Positions 9,680-18,227 of a stretch of 64,000 bases of DNA are shown here, in pieces. The stretch's first letter is position 1. Each line of letters starts with the position of its first letter. The notes under the pieces were generated by a model. That model searched no databases. It was given only the letters and a program-made list of their open reading frames with translations, and was not told the origin of the DNA. The stretch is from Candidatus Latescibacterota bacterium (GTDB lineage: Bacteria; Latescibacterota; UBA2968; GCA-2709665), in contig OZ242358.1 in NCBI GenBank assembly GCA_965208835.1, forward strand, positions 3,936,001-4,000,000. Direction: 5' to 3'. Made by a program: the position numbers and the translations under genes.

Positions 9680-9856
9680 TTACCTGGCGTAACCGGTCAG
9701 CAGCCGGTAACCCACGTAAATCAGGACGAACGACACAAGCAGTTTGAGGAGCAACAACACGATTTCCAGGGACATGCCGATGAGCTTGATCGCTTCGAAG
9801 ATACCTAGGTACGCACCTATGGCGATAAGTATGATGCCGAGAATCTTTGCGAGCAT
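9680..9856 (-). CDS. Small 58-aa two-helix membrane protein (missing from the ORF track)
   Basis: Manual translation MLAKILGIILIAIGAYLGIFEAIKLIGMSLEIVLLLLKLLVSFVLIYVGYRLLTGYAR*, preceded by an AGAAAGGAAAACCC RBS. Confidence 0.75.
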   Translation of the reverse strand: MLAKILGIILIAIGAYLGIFEAIKLIGMSLEIVLLLLKLLVSFVLIYVGYRLLTGYAR

Positions 9857-9976
9857 GGGTTTTCCTTTCTCGTTCGAGGTGGTGATGTTGACAAAGAATA
9901 CCTTCTGGACTTTGAAACGAACCAGGAGCCCACTCTATCCCTGGTGTGCGCAGGCGGGATCCGATCTCAACGGCAA

Positions 9977-10354
9977 TCAGCCCGGTGGCCCATTGCCTTC
10001 CGTCCTGCCGAGTTTTTCGTCCATGGAAATCAGTACATCCTGAACGTCCGTCATTCTCCGTTCCAGTTCGTTCAGGCGGGCGTTGACCGATTCTGTCTCT
10101 CGGGCGCCAGTTCCACCGGTCTGGCCGCCGGTACGTCGTCTCAGGAATTTCACAACGCTGCCAATCGCAAGGATTGACACGGCAAGGATCACGGAGATTG
10201 ACAGAATTCCCAACGCAATATCCATGACGAAACCCCTGAAGTCGAAATGGTACGTCGGTGCGAGAGGGTCGCCGAAGAGGAATTTCAGCGTTACCGCACC
10301 TATAAAAAACAGGATAAAGACGACGGCGCCCTTGGTAACGAACTCTCGGTTCAT
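9977..10354 (-). CDS. Membrane protein with conserved C-terminal coiled-coil motif (paralog 3)
   Basis: Two TM segments, then RLNELERRMTDVQDVLISMDEKL; GGAGG RBS before MNREF. Confidence 0.75.
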   Translation of the reverse strand: MNREFVTKGAVVFILFFIGAVTLKFLFGDPLAPTYHFDFRGFVMDIALGILSISVILAVSILAIGSVVKFLRRRTGGQTGGTGARETESVNARLNELERRMTDVQDVLISMDEKLGRTEGNGPPG

Positions 10355-10385
10355 CAGGCTTCCTCCTTCGGCTTGCAGTCGTTGT

Positions 10386-10961
10386 TCAGACGCTGGTTTT
10401 GTCTCGCCTGAGCCTCTCATCCAGGGTGATGATCACCTCCTGGAGGTCGTTCAGGCGCTGGTCCACGGCGTCCAGCCGGGATTCCATTCGTTTTGCCCGT
10501 TCGGGACTCATCCCCTTGCCTTCCCTCTTCTTTCTCACATGTATATAGCTCACGAAGCCCCCGGCGAAAATAATCAGACAGATGCCGATTCCGATATCCA
10601 TCGCGATGCCCAGCCCCGTTCCGGATTGAGCCAACTCAAGCCGGTCTGCGACGTCCTCGAGTTTACCGGCAGTTGACTCCAGACGTCTCTGATTTTCCAG
10701 GAACAGTCTCACGCCTTCGTCCGTCAGGCCGGCGGTTTTATCGGACAGGGTAAGCGCGGGAACGTCATCGGCATCTGGCAGCAGGTTCCACCGTTCCGAC
10801 GTGAAGGCCCAGATCACGAACCCGACGGCCGCCATCGCCAGGAATATACCCACAGTGGATCCGCTTGGCTTTTTGTTGCCGGGAGTCATTAAATAAACGG
10901 AAAATCCACCCGCGACCATCAGCAGGCAAAGAGCCAACGCCAATTCCAGTATCCAACTCAT
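10386..10961 (-). CDS. Membrane protein with conserved C-terminal coiled-coil motif (paralog 2)
   Basis: Three hydrophobic segments, then RLDAVDQRLNDLQEVIITLDERL; GGAGG RBS before MSWIL. Confidence 0.75.
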   Translation of the reverse strand: MSWILELALALCLLMVAGGFSVYLMTPGNKKPSGSTVGIFLAMAAVGFVIWAFTSERWNLLPDADDVPALTLSDKTAGLTDEGVRLFLENQRRLESTAGKLEDVADRLELAQSGTGLGIAMDIGIGICLIIFAGGFVSYIHVRKKREGKGMSPERAKRMESRLDAVDQRLNDLQEVIITLDERLRRDKTSV

Positions 10962-11028
10962 CCTTTTCCCTCCTCTGAAATCCCTGCGTTTCGATAATCC
11001 TGAGTCGGATTTCCGGCTAACTGAATTT

Positions 11029-11403
11029 TCAAGCCACCTTATTGACGTTTCGTGTGGCGGCTTCCGTCGTACTGCTCGCCGCCTCGGCATACTTGAAAAA
11101 GCGCGAGAGCCTCGTCACTTCAAGGGCTTTCCGGATCCGACGGGAAACGCCGCTCAGCCTCAGGTCGCCACCGGCGTTTCGGGTGGATTTCAGGCCCGTT
11201 GCCAGTTCACCGAGCATGGCAGCGCCGACACGATTTACGTGCGAAAAGTCGACCACGACCGTGCGAGCGCCGCTGTCCACCAGGTTCGTTATCTTGCGTC
11301 CCAGGGTCGCCGCGTCCGGGTTGGCGACGGGGTCGCCGCTTACGGAGACGACAACCGTCCCATCCTGAATCCGATCGCTTAGGTGAATGCGTTGTGAATT
11401 CAT
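11029..11403 (-). CDS. STAS-domain protein (anti-sigma-factor antagonist-like)
   Basis: VVVDFSHVNRVGAAMLGEL...GGDLRLSGV...KALEVTRL STAS pattern. Confidence 0.85.
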   Translation of the reverse strand: MNSQRIHLSDRIQDGTVVVSVSGDPVANPDAATLGRKITNLVDSGARTVVVDFSHVNRVGAAMLGELATGLKSTRNAGGDLRLSGVSRRIRKALEVTRLSRFFKYAEAASSTTEAATRNVNKVA

Positions 11404-11489
11404 GATTCAATGCTCCGTATTTTGGTCAGGTTTAAATCTGATGATTCCGGATCCTTCTTCTCGACGTTATCCAATGACTTTGCCAAAAT

Positions 11490-11705
11490 TCACGATGCGC
11501 CTCCCGATACCTGGCGATTCAGCTTTTCATCGATCGCGATCATGATTTCCTGGATATCGGTCAATCTCCTGTCGAGGTCGTCCAGTCTGGCATTCAGACG
11601 CTCCTCGACCTTTCCCGGCAAAACCCCCTTGGACTGCCGATCTACGTATTTGTGTACGGCGGCCGCGAGCACTATCAACGCGATTCCAACACCGACTTCA
11701 AACAT
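11490..11705 (-). CDS. Small single-TM protein with conserved C-terminal coiled-coil motif (paralog 1, PspB-like architecture)
   Basis: One TM helix, then RLDDLDRRLTDIQEIMIAIDEKL; GGAGG RBS. Confidence 0.75.
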   Translation of the reverse strand: MFEVGVGIALIVLAAAVHKYVDRQSKGVLPGKVEERLNARLDDLDRRLTDIQEIMIAIDEKLNRQVSGGAS

Positions 11706-11731
11706 GACATCCCTCCGTCAATTTAGTGATA

Positions 11732-12373
11732 TCAAAGTTCATCCACCGGCTTAGCCCGGTGTTTTTCGGACCCGCGTTCAATTTCGGGAAAGTGATACAC
11801 AACGAGACCGGACTCTGACACACGCACCTCGGCGCTGCCGCCGACGGCCAACGCACCGAGGATCTCTTCCGCTTTACCTACCGTCATCCTCCCGTCAGTA
11901 GCCGCCTCCAGAACGGTGACGCTACCGCCTTTCTCCCGGGCGAGCCTGAGCAATCGATGTTGATACTGCGCGTAGCGCCTATGTTCGGCCGACATGTGGA
12001 CCGAGCGGGCAGCGAGCCATAAAACCAGCGCAAGCGCGATGACGGCGATGCCCACAAAAAAGTCCAGAGGGTCGAGGCTGAAGCCGGACGACTGGAATCC
12101 GGAAAAGACTATGCCCATCAGACCGCCGAAAACGAACAGAATCGCTGTGGCTTTCAGCAGGACCGAGAAAGCGTATCGCATAGAGCAACTCCCGTCAGTG
12201 GCCAGATCGGAGAATCGGAAGGACAGCCGACGCGATCGCGGACATCGAACCGTTCCCGGCATCTGCCGCGCGGGTCGGGTCTTCCGGAAATCACGCCATG
12301 CCTCTGTTGCGTCGCGCATCGTTTTATCGATCTCGTACGCGATTTCGTCCAGGATTTTCTGGAATTCACGCAT
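11732..12373 (-). CDS. Membrane protein with C-terminal winged-helix-like domain, coupled to pspA
   Basis: Start overlaps the pspA stop (ATGCGTGA); two TM helices, then LLRLAREKGGSVTVLEAA...EVRVSESGLVVYHFPEI. Confidence 0.7.
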   Translation of the reverse strand: MREFQKILDEIAYEIDKTMRDATEAWRDFRKTRPARQMPGTVRCPRSRRLSFRFSDLATDGSCSMRYAFSVLLKATAILFVFGGLMGIVFSGFQSSGFSLDPLDFFVGIAVIALALVLWLAARSVHMSAEHRRYAQYQHRLLRLAREKGGSVTVLEAATDGRMTVGKAEEILGALAVGGSAEVRVSESGLVVYHFPEIERGSEKHRAKPVDEL

Positions 12374-13043
12374 CGGATTTGCGGATCTTTTTCTTCAGGG
12401 CCTCGAGTTCCTCTTCCACCGTGTTCCGTCGTTCCAGTTTTTCGAACGTGTCGTCGAGCGAGGGATCTTCGCCTGCGATTTCGGCGTGAGCGGAAGCCTC
12501 GGCTTCTTCGTTCTCAACCCGGCTGCGGAAACGTTCGAAGCTGGAAAAAGCGTCGTCGCCTATGCCCGAGAGCCCTTGGGCGATCTGCTTCCGCGCCTGG
12601 GCGGCGCGTCGCCGCGCGATGAGGGCGCCCTGGCGGGTGCGTGCCTCGTCCAGTTTGGACTTCAGCTGCGACAGTTGCTTCTTGAGTTGATCGGAGGTCT
12701 TGTGGCTCTCTTCGAACGCGACTTCCAAATCGCGGGCGGCTTTTTCAACCGTGGACTTTCGTTCCAGCGCGCGCCGGGCGAGGTCGTCCTCACCGGATTC
12801 CACGGCGAGTTCGGCCTTCTTCTGCCACGCCTCGATCTGGTCCGTCTTATCCAGCAGTTGACGCTCCAGGCGCTTCTCGTTGGCGACGGCGGTCCCGACG
12901 GACGCCGTCGCCTTGTTCACGGCCTCTTCCATTTCGAGGATCATCTGCCGGATCATCTTTTCCGGATCTTCCGCGCGATTCAGAAGGTCGTTTATGTTGG
13001 CCTTGATAATGTCCGCCATTCTGGAGAAAATTCCCTTCGCCAT
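12366..13043 (-). CDS. pspA: PspA/IM30 (Vipp1/LiaH) family protein
   Basis: MAKGIFSRMADIIKANINDLLNRAEDPEKMIRQMILEM...KAELAVESGEDDLARRAL...VEEELEALKKK; AAGGAG RBS. Confidence 0.95.
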   Translation of the reverse strand: MAKGIFSRMADIIKANINDLLNRAEDPEKMIRQMILEMEEAVNKATASVGTAVANEKRLERQLLDKTDQIEAWQKKAELAVESGEDDLARRALERKSTVEKAARDLEVAFEESHKTSDQLKKQLSQLKSKLDEARTRQGALIARRRAAQARKQIAQGLSGIGDDAFSSFERFRSRVENEEAEASAHAEIAGEDPSLDDTFEKLERRNTVEEELEALKKKIRKSDA

Positions 13044-13135
13044 GATTATACTCCTTTCTCTTGCGGGTGTCCGTAGCCCGTCACGGTAAAAAATCCCAGA
13101 ATCTGTCACACATCCGCCGATCTACCGTCCACTTA

Positions 13136-13153
13136 TTGCAAGGACCGTGCCCA
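13136..13153 (-). promoter_or_regulatory. Sigma-54 -24/-12 promoter of the pspA operon
   Basis: Minus strand reads TGGGCAC-GGTCC-TTGCAA, matching the GGCAC-N5-TTGC consensus, about 95 bp upstream of pspA. Confidence 0.85.
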
Positions 13154-13237
13154 TTTGACAATAAGCCATAGAATTATTTAAATATCTGTTATTTATTGAT
13201 TTATTTCTTAATCCCTTGTACGGTTGTCGACGACTGT

Positions 13238-13273
13238 TGGTGAAATACACCAGATACAAGGCGAAAACGACCG
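13238..13273. promoter_or_regulatory. Putative enhancer (UAS) pair for the PspF-like activator
   Basis: Palindrome TGGTG-AAATA-CACCA (13238-13252) and degenerate AGGCGAAAACGACCG (13259-13273), separated from the sigma-54 site by an AT-rich tract. Confidence 0.6.
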
Positions 13274-13414
13274 ACTTGCATCGGCTCCGGAGGCTCGTTC
13301 ACGTCCATAGCCGACTTGTCTTTTTCGGACAAATGGCGTAAAGTTTGGAGTCCTCTAACCTGAGCGATCGGTGTAGCTGCGGGATTTTTCGAGTTTCCGT
13401 GTAAGTCGGCCAAT

Positions 13415-14536
13415 ATGGACAAGTACAGACAACTGCGCATGCTGAGCGCCGGGCTTTGCCTGGTCATGTTATGTGCAAGCCCTCTTGCCGGGCTTTCGCT
13501 GGTCTACAAGGTTCGTAAGGGCGATTCCCTGTGGTCGATTGCCCGAAAACACCAGACCAGCATCGGGGCGATCAAGCGGATCAACAAGCTGCGGACCAAC
13601 AACGTCTATCCGGGTCAGGTACTCCGTCTGACACCACGGATTGTCAAGTATAACGCAGCGAACGGACCTTATTACTACCGCAAGCCCACTGCCGGCAGGC
13701 AGAGGCATCGGAATTACAGGGAACGTTCGCGTTCGTCCCCGAAGACGGACTATACACGCGCACGAACCCTCCTGCAAGCCTTCGATGCACAAATTTTCGC
13801 CAAAGCCCCGAAAAAGAGATGGCAACCGCTCAAGGGCTGGCGGATTGTGCTTGACCCCGGACATGGGGGTATCGATCCGGGAGCGATCGTTTCGAATACA
13901 ACGGGCAAGGATAGACGGGTATATGTGGTCGAGGATGAATACGTGTACGACATCGCGCTGCGCATGTACAAGAGACTCCGGCTTCTGGGTGCCGAGGTCG
14001 CATTGACGGTGATCAGCCCGAATCACCTGATCCGGGACAACCTGCCGGCCCGCACGACGTTTGTCCACGAACAGAACGAAGTCTACAACGATGAGCGGTA
14101 CAACAGGAGAAATTCGGAAAAGGTGAGACCCAGGAGCGCCAATCTCTCACAGCGAGTCCGGGTGGCGAATCGTTTTTTCAAGAAGGCGCGCAGAGACAGG
14201 TGTCTGTTTGTCTCGCTGCACGCGGATAACACCCCCGGGCGCCCGCAAGGTCCGCTGGTGATCTATCACAAGAGGCGGGGCAGGGTTGACAGGCGTTCCA
14301 GGTCCTTCGCCCGGGTCATGCGTTCGGCCCTGCACCGGCCGAACCTGCCCGCGGGGGACCGGGGGAGGAACCTCGCGGTCCTGCGGAACAACCTGGCTCA
14401 CGCCGAAATTCTCGTTGAAGTTCACAACGTCCACCACAAGCACGAGGCCTGGCTGATTCGACGTCATCCGATACGCGAGCAGAACGCGGACCGAGTCGTT
14501 AAGGGAATCCTGGCTTACGCAAAAAAACGAAGATGA
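13415..14536 (+). CDS. LysM-domain N-acetylmuramoyl-L-alanine amidase (Amidase_3)
   Basis: Signal peptide, LysM (YKVRKGDSLWSIARKH), and Zn-amidase motifs LDPGHGG, SLHAD and ILVEV. Confidence 0.88.
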   Translation: MDKYRQLRMLSAGLCLVMLCASPLAGLSLVYKVRKGDSLWSIARKHQTSIGAIKRINKLRTNNVYPGQVLRLTPRIVKYNAANGPYYYRKPTAGRQRHRNYRERSRSSPKTDYTRARTLLQAFDAQIFAKAPKKRWQPLKGWRIVLDPGHGGIDPGAIVSNTTGKDRRVYVVEDEYVYDIALRMYKRLRLLGAEVALTVISPNHLIRDNLPARTTFVHEQNEVYNDERYNRRNSEKVRPRSANLSQRVRVANRFFKKARRDRCLFVSLHADNTPGRPQGPLVIYHKRRGRVDRRSRSFARVMRSALHRPNLPAGDRGRNLAVLRNNLAHAEILVEVHNVHHKHEAWLIRRHPIREQNADRVVKGILAYAKKRR

Positions 14537-14623
14537 ATGTTCGAGAATCGCTCGAATTCCGAACGCCATCGCTGGGATTCATCCGCTCCAACAGGCATCC
14601 TCGTTCTTCCGGAAGCCACGCGC

Positions 14624-17101
14624 CTATCTCTCGAATCCCCTGATCCGGAGTGAATTCGAGATCACCGATACGGAACTCATCGCCATGGCGGCGGCCGCCA
14701 CCATGGGCCCGCCGAGCGGGTTGAGAAGGCCGAGAGCCGCCACCGGAATCAACAGTACATTGTAGGCAAACGCCCAGAACAGGTTCTGGCGAATCGTGCG
14801 CACGGTCCGCCCGGACAGGCGGATCGCCGTCTCTATTCCGGTTAGGCTGCCTGACATGAGGGTGATATCCGCGCTTTCCATGGCGACGGCCGTCCCGGTG
14901 CCGACGGCAATGCCAACGTCGGCGGTCGCCAGGGCGGGCGCGTCGTTGACGCCGTCTCCGACCATTGCCACACAATGCCGCCGGTCCTGCAATTCCGAGA
15001 TGCGGGCGGCTTTCTCGTTGGGCATGACCCCGGCAATGACCCGAGGGATTTCCGCGTGTTCCGCGACGGTTACGGCGGTCCTTGCGTTGTCTCCCGTCAG
15101 GAGGATGACGGTCAGGTCAAGTAACTTGAGATCTGCAACGGCGCGGACGGAATCGGGCTTCAGGACGTCGGCCACGCCGATGAGGCCTTCCACCTGATCG
15201 TCGACGGCGACGAAAAGGACCGTTTTACCGTCCGCTTCCAGTCGAGCCGCCTTCGCATCCAGGTCGTCGGTCAATACGACCTGGCTTCCCACCAACCGCC
15301 GGTTGCCCAGTAGAACGGTGCGACCGGCCTTTTTTGCGCGCACGCCCTGCCCCGGCAGGGCTTCGAATTCGTGAGATTCCTCAACGGACAGTTTCCGTTC
15401 CCGCGCCGCGTTCCGGATGGCTTCTCCTAGGGGGTGTTCGGAGCCCTGTTCAACGGACGCTGCCAACCTGAGCAGATCCGATTCCGAGCCTGTACCTGTT
15501 GTGACGAAGTCGGTAACGGCAGGCCTTCCGGTTGTGAGGGTGCCGGTCTTGTCCAGGACGATCGTGTCCAGGCGGTGGGCGGTTTCGAGTACCGGGCCGC
15601 CCTTGATGAGGACGCCCAGTTCCGCCGCCCGGCCGGTGCCGACCAGTATGGCCGTGGGCGTGGCCAGGCCCAGCGCGCACGGACAGGCGATAATGAGGAC
15701 GGCAACGGCGTTGAGCAACGCGTGTGAGGCGCCGGATCCGGAACCGGCAATCCACCACAGGACGAACGTAAGCAGGGCGACGCCGAAAACGACCGGCACA
15801 AAGATCCCGGCAACCCGGTCCGCGACCCGCTGAACGGGAGCGCGCGAGCCCTGGGCCTGTCGAACCATCCGAACGATCCGGGCGTGTACCGTTTCGGCGC
15901 CGACCTGTGTAGCCCTTACCGTGAAACTCCCGGTCTTGTTGAGCGTTGCACCCAGAACCCGGCTTTGCCTGCCTTTTTCAACGGGCATGCTCTCACCCGT
16001 GATCACAGACTCGTCGACGCTCGATTGCCCCTCCTGCACGACACCGTCTACAGGGATTCTGTCGCCCGGCCGGATGCGAATGAGGTCGCCCACGGCGACA
16101 TCCTCGACAGGAACCAGCGTCTCCTCGCCGTTCCTGATGACACATGCGGTCTCGGGACGGAGATCCATCAGCGCACGGATGGCGTCGGCGGCGCGGCCGC
16201 GGGACCGGATTTCCAGCAACCGGCCCAGGAGGATGAGGGTGATGATCATGGCGGAGGTGTCGAAGTATACGCTGACGGCCCCGCCCGGACCGGCAACGGC
16301 ATGGGGCGCGGCAACGCCGGCGACGCTGTATCCGTATGCCGCCAGCGTTCCGACGGCAATAAGGCTGTTCATGTCGGCCGTCATGTGCCGCAGGCCGCTC
16401 CAGAACCCCTTTAGAAAGCGCCATCCGCACCAGAATTGTACAGGAGTTGCCAGGAGGAAGAGCAGAAGGTGGACCTGCCGGATGGAGTACGGCGCTCCCA
16501 GGAATTCGTTCAGCATGCCCGCGCTCATTATCAGTATTGACAGCGCGGCCGCGAAAATGAATCGTACGCGGACCGAGCGCTGCTCCGCCCGTTCTTCCTC
16601 CCGCTCTCCGTCGTTCGCGGCGGCGTCCTGTTTCACGACTGTTGCGGCGTACCCTGCATCGATTACCGCGCGCGTCAGCGTGGAATCGGGGACCGCGAAA
16701 TGGCGCACCGTGGCGTGACGGGCCGCGAGGTTGACCTCGCTGTCGACGACGCCGGGAACCCCTGTTAACGCGTTCTCAATTGCGGACACGCAGGCGGCAC
16801 AGTGCATGTCGCGGACGGCGAGTCTCGTCTCGTCCGTGCGGATCCCGTAGCCGAGACTCTCGATTTTTCCAACAAGCCGCTTGACAGCGTCCCGATCAGA
16901 CCTGATCAGGACGCTGGCCTCTCCCGTCGCATAGTTGACGACCGCTTCCTTTGTGCCGTGGTCCTGTCGCAATTCTTCCTGGATGCGGGCGGCGCAGGCG
17001 GCGCAGCTCATCCCGGTAACGGGTAAGGTCAGGCTGACATTACCACTCGACTCTGGAATTTCGGACATGCCGTATCGGTCCTGTTCCTTCCACGGTGCCA
17101 C
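14624..17101 (-). CDS. copA: Copper-translocating P1B-type ATPase
   Basis: Two HMA domains (GMSCAAC, MHCAAC), [29 protein letters not shown] and MAMSS copper ligands. Confidence 0.95.
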   Translation of the reverse strand: MAPWKEQDRYGMSEIPESSGNVSLTLPVTGMSCAACAARIQEELRQDHGTKEAVVNYATGEASVLIRSDRDAVKRLVGKIESLGYGIRTDETRLAVRDMHCAACVSAIENALTGVPGVVDSEVNLAARHATVRHFAVPDSTLTRAVIDAGYAATVVKQDAAANDGEREEERAEQRSVRVRFIFAAALSILIMSAGMLNEFLGAPYSIRQVHLLLFLLATPVQFWCGWRFLKGFWSGLRHMTADMNSLIAVGTLAAYGYSVAGVAAPHAVAGPGGAVSVYFDTSAMIITLILLGRLLEIRSRGRAADAIRALMDLRPETACVIRNGEETLVPVEDVAVGDLIRIRPGDRIPVDGVVQEGQSSVDESVITGESMPVEKGRQSRVLGATLNKTGSFTVRATQVGAETVHARIVRMVRQAQGSRAPVQRVADRVAGIFVPVVFGVALLTFVLWWIAGSGSGASHALLNAVAVLIIACPCALGLATPTAILVGTGRAAELGVLIKGGPVLETAHRLDTIVLDKTGTLTTGRPAVTDFVTTGTGSESDLLRLAASVEQGSEHPLGEAIRNAARERKLSVEESHEFEALPGQGVRAKKAGRTVLLGNRRLVGSQVVLTDDLDAKAARLEADGKTVLFVAVDDQVEGLIGVADVLKPDSVRAVADLKLLDLTVILLTGDNARTAVTVAEHAEIPRVIAGVMPNEKAARISELQDRRHCVAMVGDGVNDAPALATADVGIAVGTGTAVAMESADITLMSGSLTGIETAIRLSGRTVRTIRQNLFWAFAYNVLLIPVAALGLLNPLGGPMVAAAAMAMSSVSVISNSLRIRGFER

Positions 17102-17148
17102 GACTCGATCGAATAGATTCAGCTAAAAATTCAGGGAGCCCCGGAGCC

Positions 17149-18183
17149 CTAAAAATGCTCGAAGCCGCGCGCTTCCAGCTCCGTCCTCACTCCCTGCGCG
17201 TTCTCGAGATATATGCGTCCGTCGCCCGCTTCGATCCGCCCGATGCGCGAAATCCCTGACTTGGCAGCGAGTGCCTCGACGTCGTCTCTCCCCCCGTGCG
17301 CCACCGTACACAACAACTCATAGTCCTCTCCGCCCGATATCTCCAGGTTCCGTGTTCCCGCATCCGAAAGCCCGCGGAATCGCCTGAACGCGGGTGAAAC
17401 GGGAATCGCCGTCCCATCGATCACCGCGGACACCCCGCTTTGCCTGCAGATATGCCGCAGATCCGAAGCCACCCCGTCCGAGAGATCCAGCATGGCCGTC
17501 ACAACGCCCGACGCCGCCAGCGCCTGCCCCAACGCCACCCTGGGCTCCGGACGTTGGTGCCTGCATAGAAGGAACTCGCGGTCCTCCTCAGACAGTCCTA
17601 CTTCGTCACCCTGCGCCAGTTTCAAGCCCGCCGCGGAGTCCCCGAGCGTGCCCGACACGTAGATCAGATCGCCGGGGCTGGCGCCCGAGCGGTAGCACAC
17701 CCGGTCCTGATCCATCTCGCCGGTGAGCGTCAGATTCATGACCAGCGGCCCTGTACTCCGCGTTGTGTCGCCGCCAACGACGTTGACGCCAAAACGGGAG
17801 GCCAGTTCGCGCAATCCACGATATACGCGTTCCATATAGCCCACGTCCAAGTCCCGGTGAATCGCCAACGAAATCAGCGCCTCGCGAGGCTCCCCGCCCA
17901 TCGCCGCGACATCCGAAAGGTTCACTGCAAGCAGCTTATGGCCCAACCAGCGGGGATTGGAAACCTCAAGCACGAAATGCACGCCTTCAACCATCAGGTC
18001 GGACGTGATAAGCCGCACCCGGTCGTTTTCGCACGCCAATACGGCGCAGTCATCCCCGATTCCACAACGTACCCGGGCCGTCCGGGGCATCTCCGCTGCC
18101 CCGATCCGTTCGATAAAACCGAACTCTCCTATCTCCCCAAATGTCGCCACGGGGCTCTCCACCGGAAAAGGCGGTCCACTCAA
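17149..18183 (-). CDS. thiL: Thiamine-monophosphate kinase
   Basis: GEFGFI, GIGDDCAV, NLSDVAAMGG, GGDT, DLSDG and GGEDYEL motifs. Confidence 0.95.
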   Translation of the reverse strand: MSGPPFPVESPVATFGEIGEFGFIERIGAAEMPRTARVRCGIGDDCAVLACENDRVRLITSDLMVEGVHFVLEVSNPRWLGHKLLAVNLSDVAAMGGEPREALISLAIHRDLDVGYMERVYRGLRELASRFGVNVVGGDTTRSTGPLVMNLTLTGEMDQDRVCYRSGASPGDLIYVSGTLGDSAAGLKLAQGDEVGLSEEDREFLLCRHQRPEPRVALGQALAASGVVTAMLDLSDGVASDLRHICRQSGVSAVIDGTAIPVSPAFRRFRGLSDAGTRNLEISGGEDYELLCTVAHGGRDDVEALAAKSGISRIGRIEAGDGRIYLENAQGVRTELEARGFEHF

Positions 18184-18227
18184 GTCGGTAATAGGGACGC
18201 GTATGTCTGTCTACACGGTGACAGACC

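Noticed and set aside
11994-13076. 360-aa plus-strand ORF
   Set aside because: Antisense to pspA and its downstream gene, which have clear motifs and an RBS.
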